IMG/VR virus record: IMGVR_UViG_3300047284_000228
Location: 1 to 64,000 of that record
Origin: a virus
Length of the DNA: 64,000 bases
Reading direction: 5' to 3' (one strand)
The notes below the pieces were generated by a model that saw only the letters and a program-made list of their open reading frames with translations, was not told where the DNA came from and searched no databases. Shown in pieces: positions 8,907-18,174 of the stretch. How positions within the stretch are numbered: the stretch's first letter is position 1; each line of letters opens with the position of its first letter. Both the position numbers and the translations under genes were made by a program.

Positions 8907-9347
8907 TTATCTGCGTTTTGAGCCTTGATGGAAAATATCGCCTTCGTTGATCACTCTAAAGCGTATATTCTGCTGCTTACACCATGCAGTAGCAGCTTCC
9001 CACTTGGCGAGATTTTTAATATATTGTTCTTGATTGTATGCGCTCTTGCCCACGTGCTCTCTTAGGGTCTGGCTTTGAGGTTTTACTTCTACTACTTCTG
9101 CATGTTTACTGCCGTTCTTGTCTTTGTAGACGATAAAAAAATCAGGAACGTATATGGTATACTTGCCTGTAAGTGGATCTCTATAGGGTATCTGTATGCT
9201 TTCGCTGGCCCAATTCTGTACCCCAGGATGCTCATCTAACATACGCATGAATACGAATTCCCAAGAACTACGAGCCAATGGTGTTTTCTTCCCTACGTAT
9301 TTGTCAGGGTTCTTCATTTCAAATCTTCCCTGGGCAAATCTAGGCAT
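8907..9347 (-). CDS. gp4: Head completion nuclease (gp4, TnsA-like)
   Basis: NPDKYVG, RSSWE, WASE, IPY, YVPDF, EVKP, NLAKWEAA motifs. Confidence 0.9.
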   Translation of the reverse strand: MPRFAQGRFEMKNPDKYVGKKTPLARSSWEFVFMRMLDEHPGVQNWASESIQIPYRDPLTGKYTIYVPDFFIVYKDKNGSKHAEVVEVKPQSQTLREHVGKSAYNQEQYIKNLAKWEAATAWCKQQNIRFRVINEGDIFHQGSKRR

Positions 9348-9715
9348 TAGGCAGCTATGTTCCTTGTTTGATTTTGCTTGTCGACGTTAGATACTCGAAA
9401 TCCCAGAGTACTACCAACGCCACGATTGTTGTTGAGAATTTCTCCTACCAAGGCACTGATCTGCACACTATCGAAACCTTTTAATGTGTCTAATATTTTG
9501 AATACAGGAACACCGTCTAGTTTGGCTTGCTTGAGTAGCACAGAAGCCACTGAGCTGGCAGCATCTTGATCAAATCCTCTAGCCTCAAAGAATCCTATGG
9601 CTGCGGTTACTTCGTTGGCAGCGAATTCTAAAGGAGATTTTCCGTAGGTATCGAAAAATAATTTGGTAGCAGATCCGCTGTCCTGTACCGCGACTGCAGG
9701 TAGATTATTCGCCAT
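9347..9715 (-). CDS. Hypothetical protein
   Basis: 122-aa ORF tightly packed between tail and head-completion genes. Confidence 0.7.
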   Translation of the reverse strand: MANNLPAVAVQDSGSATKLFFDTYGKSPLEFAANEVTAAIGFFEARGFDQDAASSVASVLLKQAKLDGVPVFKILDTLKGFDSVQISALVGEILNNNRGVGSTLGFRVSNVDKQNQTRNIAA

Positions 9716-9716
9716 G

Positions 9717-10838
9717 TTAGTTTCCTGTTAGATTTTTTTGTACGGCGGGTGTGGTTGTATTCGTACCAGAATTTTTCGGAAAGGCTGCGCCAACTACTCC
9801 GCCCACTGTGTTCACTATGCCTGTGACAGTGGTAGGGTTGCTGAGAATATTGACCACTTCTCCCTTGATGCTGGCGCTACTGAGGTTACCGATATTTTTA
9901 GCTGTGTTAACGGCTTTGATAGCGGTGCTTAAGAAGCCACCTGGACTACCAAATGCTGAGCCGCCGGCGACATCACCGAAGATACTTTCGATACCATCAA
10001 GTACTCCGCCTTGACCAAAAAGATTGCTAACGCCGCCGCCTGCTACTGTTAAAGGACTTGGCACACGATCATAGTATAAGGTAGCGAATCCTTTAGGACT
10101 ATCGACACCAACTTCGCCCGATGAATAAACCACTGATTCGTATTCTACGTTCATGGTCATCTCGTTGAATTCGCCCGCTGTATAATCTACACCGCCATGT
10201 TGCCAGCTGGTAATTTTTGGATTGACTAATGTATAGCCCAGGAATCTCCTACGGCTCATCGTATAGATGCTGATCGACTTGAAAAAATCGTCGGACTTGC
10301 CTTGTTTATCTAGGCCATATCTAAAGGCCGTTCTAGGATCGCCTTCTGAACGTAGATTAGTTTTACTGAACGCTGTATTGGGATTATGTCGATCCTGTAC
10401 ATAGGTTCCCATATAGATAGCCCACATGGCATTCATGATTCCTTGGCTGTCATCTCGGAATACCATGCTTAAGGGTTCATAGGCAAAATTCTTATAAATT
10501 ACATGTTTGCGATTGTATTGGTTTTTGGTTACGGTTTCAAATTTGTATTTTGGCAGATCTGTGCTCTTGATAAGATAGCCAATTTCGTCTGCGTGTTTGT
10601 TACCGAAAGTAGTGGAGTCCAGAACAGATTTTTCTATTTCGAATCGCACATAGAACATGTATTTGGTTCTAGGTGCAAGTCTATAGTAATTAGGAATAAA
10701 AAGTCGAGAAGCATGTCGCCAATCAGCTACCACGCCTTTGGGATTAGTCAGTCCTTGAACAACACCGCCTAAGAATCCGCTAACGCCACTGCCGCCGTTG
10801 GTTCCGCCGTTTAAAAATCTGGTAAATGCATTTGCCAT
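9717..10838 (-). CDS. Tail tube-like baseplate/tube initiator protein (gp19/gp48/gp54 superfamily)
   Basis: KSTDLPK, NQYNRK, YEPLSMVFRDD, YTLVNPKITSW motifs parallel the tube fold; next to gp19. Confidence 0.65.
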   Translation of the reverse strand: MANAFTRFLNGGTNGGSGVSGFLGGVVQGLTNPKGVVADWRHASRLFIPNYYRLAPRTKYMFYVRFEIEKSVLDSTTFGNKHADEIGYLIKSTDLPKYKFETVTKNQYNRKHVIYKNFAYEPLSMVFRDDSQGIMNAMWAIYMGTYVQDRHNPNTAFSKTNLRSEGDPRTAFRYGLDKQGKSDDFFKSISIYTMSRRRFLGYTLVNPKITSWQHGGVDYTAGEFNEMTMNVEYESVVYSSGEVGVDSPKGFATLYYDRVPSPLTVAGGGVSNLFGQGGVLDGIESIFGDVAGGSAFGSPGGFLSTAIKAVNTAKNIGNLSSASIKGEVVNILSNPTTVTGIVNTVGGVVGAAFPKNSGTNTTTPAVQKNLTGN

Positions 10839-10855
10839 ATTAATATTTATGCCAC

Positions 10856-10881
10856 AAAAAAACCCAGAATTTATCTGGGTT
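10856..10881 (-). terminator. Rho-independent terminator after gp19
   Basis: AACCCAGA/TCTGGGTT stem with T tract on the minus strand. Confidence 0.75.
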
Positions 10882-10900
10882 CTTTTGGATCGTTTACAGT

Positions 10901-11536
10901 TTAGACGCTACGGCCAGTTACTGTTTCACCGATAGTTCTTCCTACCAGAGCTCCAATACCACGCTCAATACCAGAACCACTAGCACCTGCGAACTGAACA
11001 GCATTGTCATACTTGATAGTTAGAGCAACGGTCATTGGCTCGTTGGTCGCATAGTTTGCATCACCGTAGTCTGCGCTGGATAAGAAACAACCGTACAATT
11101 CCCATTTTTCTAACACAGCTGGCTCTAGAGCACCGTTGCCGCCGTCTAAGACTTCGATGTTAGTTTGGAACTTATAGTCAATACCTGAACGAGCAGATGC
11201 CTGTTCCATGAAGTCGAATTGCTTCTGGATCTGTTGACCTACTAGTTTCTGGATCTGACCGTTGGCATCATCGCGTAGGTTAATTGTAACATCTTCCCAG
11301 CTAGGCTTACCTGCGAGCTTGACCTTTGAGTTGTAGATATCGATGGCCATTTCTTCAAAAGTAACTACTGGTCTTTTGACATCTGCAACCTGTTTTGTTA
11401 GTTCAGTGCTGGCCTCAACTCCAAAACCTAATAATATCACTCTAAAGCGATATTTAAGTTTAGGCATTAGCAGTGCGGTACCGCTGGTACCGTTGCTTGG
11501 CGGAACTGAAATCCTATTTAATGAAGTTAGTGCCAT
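10901..11536 (-). CDS. gp19: Tail tube protein
   Basis: PKLKYRFRV, LAGKPSWEDVTINLRDD, WELYGCF, LTIKYDNA; directly after the sheath gene. Confidence 0.9.
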   Translation of the reverse strand: MALTSLNRISVPPSNGTSGTALLMPKLKYRFRVILLGFGVEASTELTKQVADVKRPVVTFEEMAIDIYNSKVKLAGKPSWEDVTINLRDDANGQIQKLVGQQIQKQFDFMEQASARSGIDYKFQTNIEVLDGGNGALEPAVLEKWELYGCFLSSADYGDANYATNEPMTVALTIKYDNAVQFAGASGSGIERGIGALVGRTIGETVTGRSV

Positions 11537-11538
11537 TT

Positions 11539-14500
11539 TTAAATCTCTCCTGTGTTCTTGATACGCAATGGTATGTAGATAAATTCAACTGCTTTTGTTG
11601 GCTCGATAGCAATGTCTACATAAAGTTCGTTACGATCAATTCTGCTAGGAGTATTGTTACTTTCGTCACATACTACAGCAAAGTCGTATAGAGCTCTTAG
11701 ACCTACCAACTCTAGTAATAGGCTTTCTACAGCACCCTTGATTTCGTCTCTGGTAATCTTATCATTTGGTTCAAAGATATAAGGACGAGCTAGTTTGTTT
11801 AGTTGACTGCGTAGATATACTACTAAACGTGCTACGTTGATTCTGTCTAGTGCAGAAGCATTTCTAGCACGAGTTTTTTGACCGTATGCTACTAATCCAA
11901 CTCCCACAAAGAACGGAATAGGATTAATCTTTAGATCATAAAGTGTATCGCGTTGTCCTTCGTTGAGTGCAACACTCTGGAATTCTCCAGATGCTGCATC
12001 AATATAACCAACTGCTGTTGCATTGGTAATACCACCACGACGTGTACCTGCTGGTGCAAACCATGGATAGCTAACTTGGTCGCTTAGAGCGATTGTGCGT
12101 AGCATCATGTGGCTTGCTGGAACTACAGCATTCGAACCGCCTAGATCTGTGGTAAATCCGTTTGGATAGTAAACAGCACAGTATTCGTCATAGCTAACAA
12201 TACCTGCATCGCCATTGTCTAGGGCACCGTTAGCATTGGTACCGTAGGCCAACAATGCTGTTGAGCCGCTTGGTAAACGTAATGGTGTGTCACCTACCAC
12301 AAATGCTGTTACACCGCGATCGATGTTTAGGTTAATTAGATTACTTAGAGCTTCTGGATATCCAGGGCAAGCAATTAGGTTGAAGTTACGACGTTCTTCG
12401 TCACGTGCTTCTTCGCTGGTATCGATCGCACTCTTTAGTTTCTGTATGACTAGAGCACGTTGAGCCTTGCGTCCGAAACTTCCAGAACCGTCTTCGTTGT
12501 TTGGTGATGCTGTGGTCCAACGATCAGTAGCATAACCGCTCATGCCGTCACCAGCTGTTGGTAGGTTACCTAGATCGCTATTAGCTGCTTGATATCTTAC
12601 GTTATCAGATGCAGTGTCGATGTAGTTATTAGAATAACGCTTGACATTACCACCACTTCTACGTAGATTCCATAGCAGCATGCCTTTTGGATATAGTACT
12701 GGATCTGGACAGTCTGGGTCTACATAGTTGATGCTTAATAGTTCTTTGATAGATCCTTCTGTGTTACCGGAAGCGCCGCTGATACCAAAACGTGCATCTG
12801 CAAATAAGATACCTTCTTCTGTGGTCTGATCAGTCTTATCAACCAACTGCCATCTTTCGGCTACAGTTGCACCTGCATCTGTATTGAATCTGTAGATAGT
12901 TGGGAAGTTCTCCATGTCAGCTGTGCTGATCCATAGATCACCTGTTACTAGGTTAGTAGTACCATCACTTTGTTTTGTTGGCATGCTGGCTGCTACGATA
13001 GGGCCGTTAGCATCTGTATTGGTATATGGAGATGAGCTGTGCTTGTAGCCTACCCAAATCTCTCCGTTATGTACCATGATGTCAACTTCGCCAAAGTTTG
13101 GATTATACCATAGTTGTCCATCTTCTGGCTCAGCCAACGGAGCATCGCCGCCTGCTGCAAATCTCAATTCATCGGTGGCCAATGGTGCCCAGTTTGAAGC
13201 TAGATACTCGTTGGTCTTGGTTGCTGCGCTGTAACCAACTGCGCTGTTTACTAATGCTTCTAAGCTGTAGAAGTTAGCAGTTCCGCTACCAGTATCGGTA
13301 CTATAGGCTGTGAAAATGTTATTCAACGGTGTACCTGTACCGTCTACAAATCTCATATCACCACCTGCTTTGTGTGTGATCTGTACTTTATTGTCCGAAG
13401 TAACTTCAGCGACAATGTGTACGAAACCAGCAGCATTGATCGCAGTGGCAATCTTTTCTGCGTCAGCAGTATTACCTGCTAAGGCATTACCGTTTGCTGC
13501 GGTCATTTCGATTGTCGAATATGCACTTAGATCGGCTTCTCCGGCTAGTGATTCAGCAAGTGTAAATGTATAGTTACCTGCTGCGAATGTGCTTGATGTA
13601 ACTGCTGCGGAAGTGATCACTGTCGCACCTGATGCTCTTCTCTTCCAAACTCTAAATGAAGCAGTTTCTTCTTGTCCCACTTCTTCGTTGGCATTAGATT
13701 GAACAAATAATGCATTTGAACCTAGGTTAACGCCACCACCACTACGATCTAGATAATATAGTGCAGAGTGAGTGCTTGAATAAATTGGTGCTGAAATCTC
13801 GAGCCAGGTCTTAGTGGCAGAGTTCCAACGCTTGATTCTCCAACGAGCCCCTAGATTAGGTTCTGTGGTTTTAACCCATACAGAGCCTGTTGGGCGAGGT
13901 GTAGCACCACTTGATTTCCATGTAGGAACTTGTGTGTGCGGAGTTTGTTGTAGTGAAGGTGGATAGTAATCGCCTGTGCTGATACCTAGAGCGTTAAGGA
14001 CTGTTCCAGCTCCAGTAGTACCACCTACTGTTACAATACCTCTGCTTATCGCTGATGAATCTGATGTTGCAGAATCTGTACCATCTGCAAAAATCTGTAG
14101 GTATCCTGCGGAAGAAACTTTTGCACTGATACCTTGGTTAACACATAAGCTGTTGATGTTGCCAGCGAGCGTAGCATACGAAGTTCCGCCGGATACAGTG
14201 ATAGATGTTCCGTTTAGTGTGAAGCTACCTGCTGGTAATGTTGCTGTTCCAGTACCAGTAAGCACGGGCCAACTGGCTTTCCATTCTGGGGAACCTACTA
14301 ATACCCATTGTCCTGGATCTACTAAAGAACCGCTGGCATATGAACCGCCTGGACTCTTGAACCAAACCCTGGCTAGTTCTTTGCTAGCACTAAAAGAAGA
14401 TAAGTTATCTTCGCCTTTGACTGTTTCGAGTACTACTGCGTAGTCTCCGATAGCTCCTACAGATCCTTTTGGTGCGTTACTTTCAATTTTAGCAACATCT

Positions 14501-15018
14501 GTGTCGGTTAAGACGATAGGAGTTTTAAATGCAAATTTTTGGCCGCCTGTGGTTGTAGCAGCAGCACCGTTCCATTCCTGGATACCCCAGGTCGTTGCCT
14601 GTGTGTCTACCCACCAAGTTCCGTCGATTGGTTCTGCTCCCGGGACAGTTGCTTGTGCTTCTAATTCGTCTAGGTTTACGTCTGCACGTAAAATAAATGC
14701 AGCATTGCTAACACCTAAGAAGCTGTAGGCTGCTAATAGACCATATTCGTTTCTTTCTGATCCGTGGATTGGAGTAGAACTTGCTGTCTTTTCAAAGAAA
14801 GGTACTCCATAGGTATCAACAAGTTCTCTTTGACTTGTGACCTTAAATACTTTGCCGGCATTTGCCGCGGTTGTTCCAACAGCAGTTCCAGTGCCTGCTG
14901 CGTTAGATTTGTTTTCAGCTGTAGCTATTACGATAAGCGGAGTAGTACCAGGTTCAGCTGGTGTATAAAAACTCTCGTCGATTACCGTAACTTGTACGCC
15001 TGGGGATACTAGTGCCAT
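11539..15018 (-). CDS. gp18: Contractile tail sheath protein with large insertions
   Basis: N-terminal LVSPGVQV; C-terminal PWFAPAGTRRG, INPI, RINVARL, FEPND, CDESNNTP..ID, KAVEFIYI. Confidence 0.95.
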   Translation of the reverse strand: MALVSPGVQVTVIDESFYTPAEPGTTPLIVIATAENKSNAAGTGTAVGTTAANAGKVFKVTSQRELVDTYGVPFFEKTASSTPIHGSERNEYGLLAAYSFLGVSNAAFILRADVNLDELEAQATVPGAEPIDGTWWVDTQATTWGIQEWNGAAATTTGGQKFAFKTPIVLTDTDVAKIESNAPKGSVGAIGDYAVVLETVKGEDNLSSFSASKELARVWFKSPGGSYASGSLVDPGQWVLVGSPEWKASWPVLTGTGTATLPAGSFTLNGTSITVSGGTSYATLAGNINSLCVNQGISAKVSSAGYLQIFADGTDSATSDSSAISRGIVTVGGTTGAGTVLNALGISTGDYYPPSLQQTPHTQVPTWKSSGATPRPTGSVWVKTTEPNLGARWRIKRWNSATKTWLEISAPIYSSTHSALYYLDRSGGGVNLGSNALFVQSNANEEVGQEETASFRVWKRRASGATVITSAAVTSSTFAAGNYTFTLAESLAGEADLSAYSTIEMTAANGNALAGNTADAEKIATAINAAGFVHIVAEVTSDNKVQITHKAGGDMRFVDGTGTPLNNIFTAYSTDTGSGTANFYSLEALVNSAVGYSAATKTNEYLASNWAPLATDELRFAAGGDAPLAEPEDGQLWYNPNFGEVDIMVHNGEIWVGYKHSSSPYTNTDANGPIVAASMPTKQSDGTTNLVTGDLWISTADMENFPTIYRFNTDAGATVAERWQLVDKTDQTTEEGILFADARFGISGASGNTEGSIKELLSINYVDPDCPDPVLYPKGMLLWNLRRSGGNVKRYSNNYIDTASDNVRYQAANSDLGNLPTAGDGMSGYATDRWTTASPNNEDGSGSFGRKAQRALVIQKLKSAIDTSEEARDEERRNFNLIACPGYPEALSNLINLNIDRGVTAFVVGDTPLRLPSGSTALLAYGTNANGALDNGDAGIVSYDEYCAVYYPNGFTTDLGGSNAVVPASHMMLRTIALSDQVSYPWFAPAGTRRGGITNATAVGYIDAASGEFQSVALNEGQRDTLYDLKINPIPFFVGVGLVAYGQKTRARNASALDRINVARLVVYLRSQLNKLARPYIFEPNDKITRDEIKGAVESLLLELVGLRALYDFAVVCDESNNTPSRIDRNELYVDIAIEPTKAVEFIYIPLRIKNTGEI

Positions 15019-15122
15019 ACCTTATTCTCCTGGTAATAGTTGCTCATATTATTTAGCGGTAGTTTACAAAAACAGGCGGTTATACCAAAAGAAAAAGGGG
15101 CAGAAAAGGCTTAAATATTTCT

Positions 15123-15458
15123 ATGAGACCTCTTTGTAAGTGCGGACAACGACCCCGGGCCATTAATTATTATAAAAACGACAAAGCCTACTATCGTAGG
15201 CTCTGCGAAATATGTTTGGCCAACGGCCTTTATCACGGAATCCCTCGTTGGCTAAGACACGGCTATAAGATAAAAAGCATCTGCGATAAATGCGGTTATC
15301 GAAGTCCGCACAAGGAAATCTTTAGAGTTTTCCATGTTGACGGAGATCTTAATAACTGTAGACCTGCTAATCTCAAAACCGTATGCTGTAACTGCGCACA
15401 GATCCTAGGCAAAGAAGGTATCACTTGGAGACAGGGCGACCTGACCGCTGACTATTGA
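15123..15458 (+). CDS. Zn-ribbon / degenerate HNH-like protein
   Basis: CxC, CxxC, CxxC, HVDGDLNN..NL...CxxC pattern; TAAATA 5 nt upstream. Confidence 0.7.
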   Translation: MRPLCKCGQRPRAINYYKNDKAYYRRLCEICLANGLYHGIPRWLRHGYKIKSICDKCGYRSPHKEIFRVFHVDGDLNNCRPANLKTVCCNCAQILGKEGITWRQGDLTADY

Positions 15459-16061
15459 TCGTACCTGTGTATAGAGAGCATCTATAGTAGAATCGTTTTC
15501 TATGACATGATCAAACTCAGTGCCTACCCAAGCAGTTTCGCTGGCATGGATTTTACGCATTTTAAGTTCGTTGAGTGCTAGATTACTGCCTAACTGATTA
15601 GCTGCTAGAGCATATTGATACCATTCGGGCAGATCTCCCCTAGTTACCCAGATAATTTTACCCCCAGCATTTCGAATACTTTGGATTTCGTTAGGAAAAC
15701 GACAATCTGAAATCACGACATGGTCTTTGGAGTTACGGAGTTTGTTTTCCAGGCTGGCGATCCAGATATCATCGTGAAACGCTCGACGACATACTTCTGT
15801 GCCCCAATATTGTAAGACCCAGCGAGGAGTAAGTGTAGGCATGTCAAGACGCTCTGCCCACCACGGGTCCACTTGCTCTCGCCACTCTCGGGCTTCCTTG
15901 GTTCGCCCTTCTAACAGCGTTCGGTCCCATCCAAACACCGCGCTTACAGCATCTTTGAGAGTGCTGGCAAATGACTCGCGTCTAAATTCGTGAAAGTTAA
16001 CTAGATAGTCAGCGACAGTATCTTTGCCGCTGCCAATAAATCCGCATATTCCTATGATCAT
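15405..16061 (-). CDS. Deoxynucleoside monophosphate kinase (T4 gp1-like)
   Basis: IIGICGFIGSGKDT P-loop, TPRWVLQYWGTE, ISDCRFPNE, HASE; start moved to 16061 (GGAGG SD). Confidence 0.9.
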   Translation of the reverse strand: MIIGICGFIGSGKDTVADYLVNFHEFRRESFASTLKDAVSAVFGWDRTLLEGRTKEAREWREQVDPWWAERLDMPTLTPRWVLQYWGTEVCRRAFHDDIWIASLENKLRNSKDHVVISDCRFPNEIQSIRNAGGKIIWVTRGDLPEWYQYALAANQLGSNLALNELKMRKIHASETAWVGTEFDHVIENDSTIDALYTQVRSIVSGQVALSPSDTFFA

Positions 16062-16081
16062 AATGTCCTCCAATTACAGAC

Positions 16082-16111
16082 ATTATAACATTGATATTAA
16101 AACTATGTCAA
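16082..16111 (-). promoter_or_regulatory. Consensus sigma70 promoter for dNMP kinase
   Basis: TTGACA (16111-16106) -N18- TATAAT (16087-16082) with extended -10 TG. Confidence 0.8.
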
Positions 16112-16866
16112 CCGATGACGAATGTATATCCAGACCCGCCGGACACTAGGGTTTCCAATTCTTTGGTTAGACGTTCTATGTCAGCAGTAGCTTCAGATTT
16201 CATAGCAGCACCGTTTAGACTAGAGCCACCGCCCGGACCTGCGATCTGTGCGAATTTTTCTCGAGCTTGACCTAGCATCATCTTGCAGTTGGCCAGCGTG
16301 TAATCTTTGATCCACTGTCCTGCATAGGTGTCTTCTATGATAGCAAAATCAGGCCTAGTGTTGTAAACCCATAACAAAACTTCTTCTTCGCCTCTAGGAC
16401 GCTGTTGTATCATGAGTTTTCGGCTCTGTGATTGCCAGGTAAAATTGATAAAGCTACCAAACATCTTGCCCACAAGTTCCTGATATTGACTGAATAGTTC
16501 GTAGGTTAGCAAACCGCCCATGTTAGTTGATGATAGCAAGTAGGTATTTGTATAGGCTAGGTTAAAGGGTTCGAACACCGTACCACCTGTACCGTTACCT
16601 GTTCTAGAACCTATGCTTCTACGGAAGATCTGTCGAACCTGCTGGATTTCCTTGGGCAGAATATATTCATTTTTGTCCTGTTCCAACATCAAAAAGCAGT
16701 AGCTTTCCTCTACAGCATTATCGCTGCGTTGGCGGAAAACACCCAAAGATCTATCTAGGGCTGTTTGATAATGGATAGGATCCAATTCTACATCAATCAT
16801 GCCGTCGCCCAGCATGGTTTTGCAGTAATCGTAGACTGATTGTCTGGCTTGATCATTAGTACTCAT
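16108..16866 (-). CDS. gp13: Neck protein (gp13-like)
   Basis: LGDGMIDVELD, WIKDYTLA, KF..I.GPGG...LNG motifs; start moved to 16866 (MSTNDQ), 5 nt after TAAATA. Confidence 0.8.
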   Translation of the reverse strand: MSTNDQARQSVYDYCKTMLGDGMIDVELDPIHYQTALDRSLGVFRQRSDNAVEESYCFLMLEQDKNEYILPKEIQQVRQIFRRSIGSRTGNGTGGTVFEPFNLAYTNTYLLSSTNMGGLLTYELFSQYQELVGKMFGSFINFTWQSQSRKLMIQQRPRGEEEVLLWVYNTRPDFAIIEDTYAGQWIKDYTLANCKMMLGQAREKFAQIAGPGGGSSLNGAAMKSEATADIERLTKELETLVSGGSGYTFVIG

Positions 16867-16899
16867 ACTACTATTTATTGCTGCGGTAAATATATGACT
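16867..16899. promoter_or_regulatory. Back-to-back late promoters for gp13 and gp14
   Basis: TAAATA on minus (16877-16872) and plus (16887-16892) in a 33-bp divergent gap. Confidence 0.65.
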
Positions 16900-18174
16900 A
16901 TGCCAAGACTTTCGCTTTATCGCCCGGAAAAGGGCAACGACTACAAGTTCATCGATAAAACTGCCTGGGAAATGTTCCAAGTGGGCGGTACTGATTGCCT
17001 ACTGCACAAATATTTAGGACCTGGAGCTAGTCTAGAAAACTCTCCAACTACTCCTAGTTATACAGACACTGCTGTCACACAGATCCAAGATCTGTTGTTT
17101 CTAGAAAACAGGGATCGAAAATATGATCCCGATGTCTATGTGCTTCGTGGTGTGTATAATATACAAGATACGGATTTTAATCTAAGTCAGTTTGGTTTAT
17201 TCCTACAAAACGATACGATTTTTATCACATTCCATATTAACGATACTGTGGAAAAACTTGGACGAAAGATCATTTCAGGAGATGTTATCGAGCTACCGCA
17301 TCTCAAAGATGAATATGCACTCAACGATCTACAGTTTGCTCTCAAACGATTCTATGTAATCGAAGAAGTCACTCGTGCTGCAGAAGGTTTTTCTGTAACA
17401 TGGTATCCACATCTATATCGTGCCAAATGTAAACCGCTGGTAGATAGTCAAGAATTCAAAGATATACTCGACGGACTTGCTGATGAATCGGGAGAAGATG
17501 GTACAACCACTCTCAGAGACATCATGAGTACCTACGAAAAAGAAATGCAGATCACTGCTGCGGTTCTTGATCAAGCAGAAACAGATGCTCCTAGAAGTGG
17601 TTATGATACTACCAAGCACTATATGTTACAGACAGACGAGCGAGGTCGTGCTGAGCTAGTCACTGTAGATTCTACTCAACTAGATGCTAGTGTACAGACC
17701 CGAGCTACCGACGAGAATGGCGTTCCTTTGTCTGACGAAAATGGCAATCCTGTATATGTGGGACCAACATCGTCTACGATATTTAGAAGTCCAGAATACA
17801 ACGGACCTATGATCGGCGACGGAGACGGTATTCCTCCCAACGGAGCACCTTTCACTGCTGGTATAAGTTTTCCGCTATTGCCCTCCGACGGTCAATATCA
17901 TCTAAGAACAGACTATCTACCAAAGAGATTATTTAGATACAACGGAAGACGTTGGGTAAAAGTAGAGGATGTAACAAGAATGACTATGAGCAACATGGGC
18001 AATGAAGATGTAGTCGCAGGAGGTTCACCCAACGATGTATTCCTTGATCGCGATGTAAGGTTAACACAAAAAACATCTTTCATAAACAATGACAAGGTCA
18101 ATACCATAAATGGTAAACAGATCAAAGAAAAACAGAGCTTGTCAAAAGCTCTTAGACCTAAGGCAGACGAATAA
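16900..18174 (+). CDS. gp14: Neck/head-closure protein (gp14-like) with C-terminal extension
   Basis: LSQFGLFLQND, GDVIELPHL motifs; position between gp13 and gp15; start ATG at 16894 or 16900. Confidence 0.65.
   Translation: MPRLSLYRPEKGNDYKFIDKTAWEMFQVGGTDCLLHKYLGPGASLENSPTTPSYTDTAVTQIQDLLFLENRDRKYDPDVYVLRGVYNIQDTDFNLSQFGLFLQNDTIFITFHINDTVEKLGRKIISGDVIELPHLKDEYALNDLQFALKRFYVIEEVTRAAEGFSVTWYPHLYRAKCKPLVDSQEFKDILDGLADESGEDGTTTLRDIMSTYEKEMQITAAVLDQAETDAPRSGYDTTKHYMLQTDERGRAELVTVDSTQLDASVQTRATDENGVPLSDENGNPVYVGPTSSTIFRSPEYNGPMIGDGDGIPPNGAPFTAGISFPLLPSDGQYHLRTDYLPKRLFRYNGRRWVKVEDVTRMTMSNMGNEDVVAGGSPNDVFLDRDVRLTQKTSFINNDKVNTINGKQIKEKQSLSKALRPKADE

Noticed and set aside
8907-9347. TnsA-like nuclease as a transposon marker
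   Set aside because: Motifs match T4 gp4 head completion protein; no transposase or terminal repeats.
16840-16980. Long N-termini of gp13 (16980) and gp14 (16840) given by the ORF track
   Set aside because: They would overlap head to head; the TAAATA boxes support starts at 16866 and 16894/16900.
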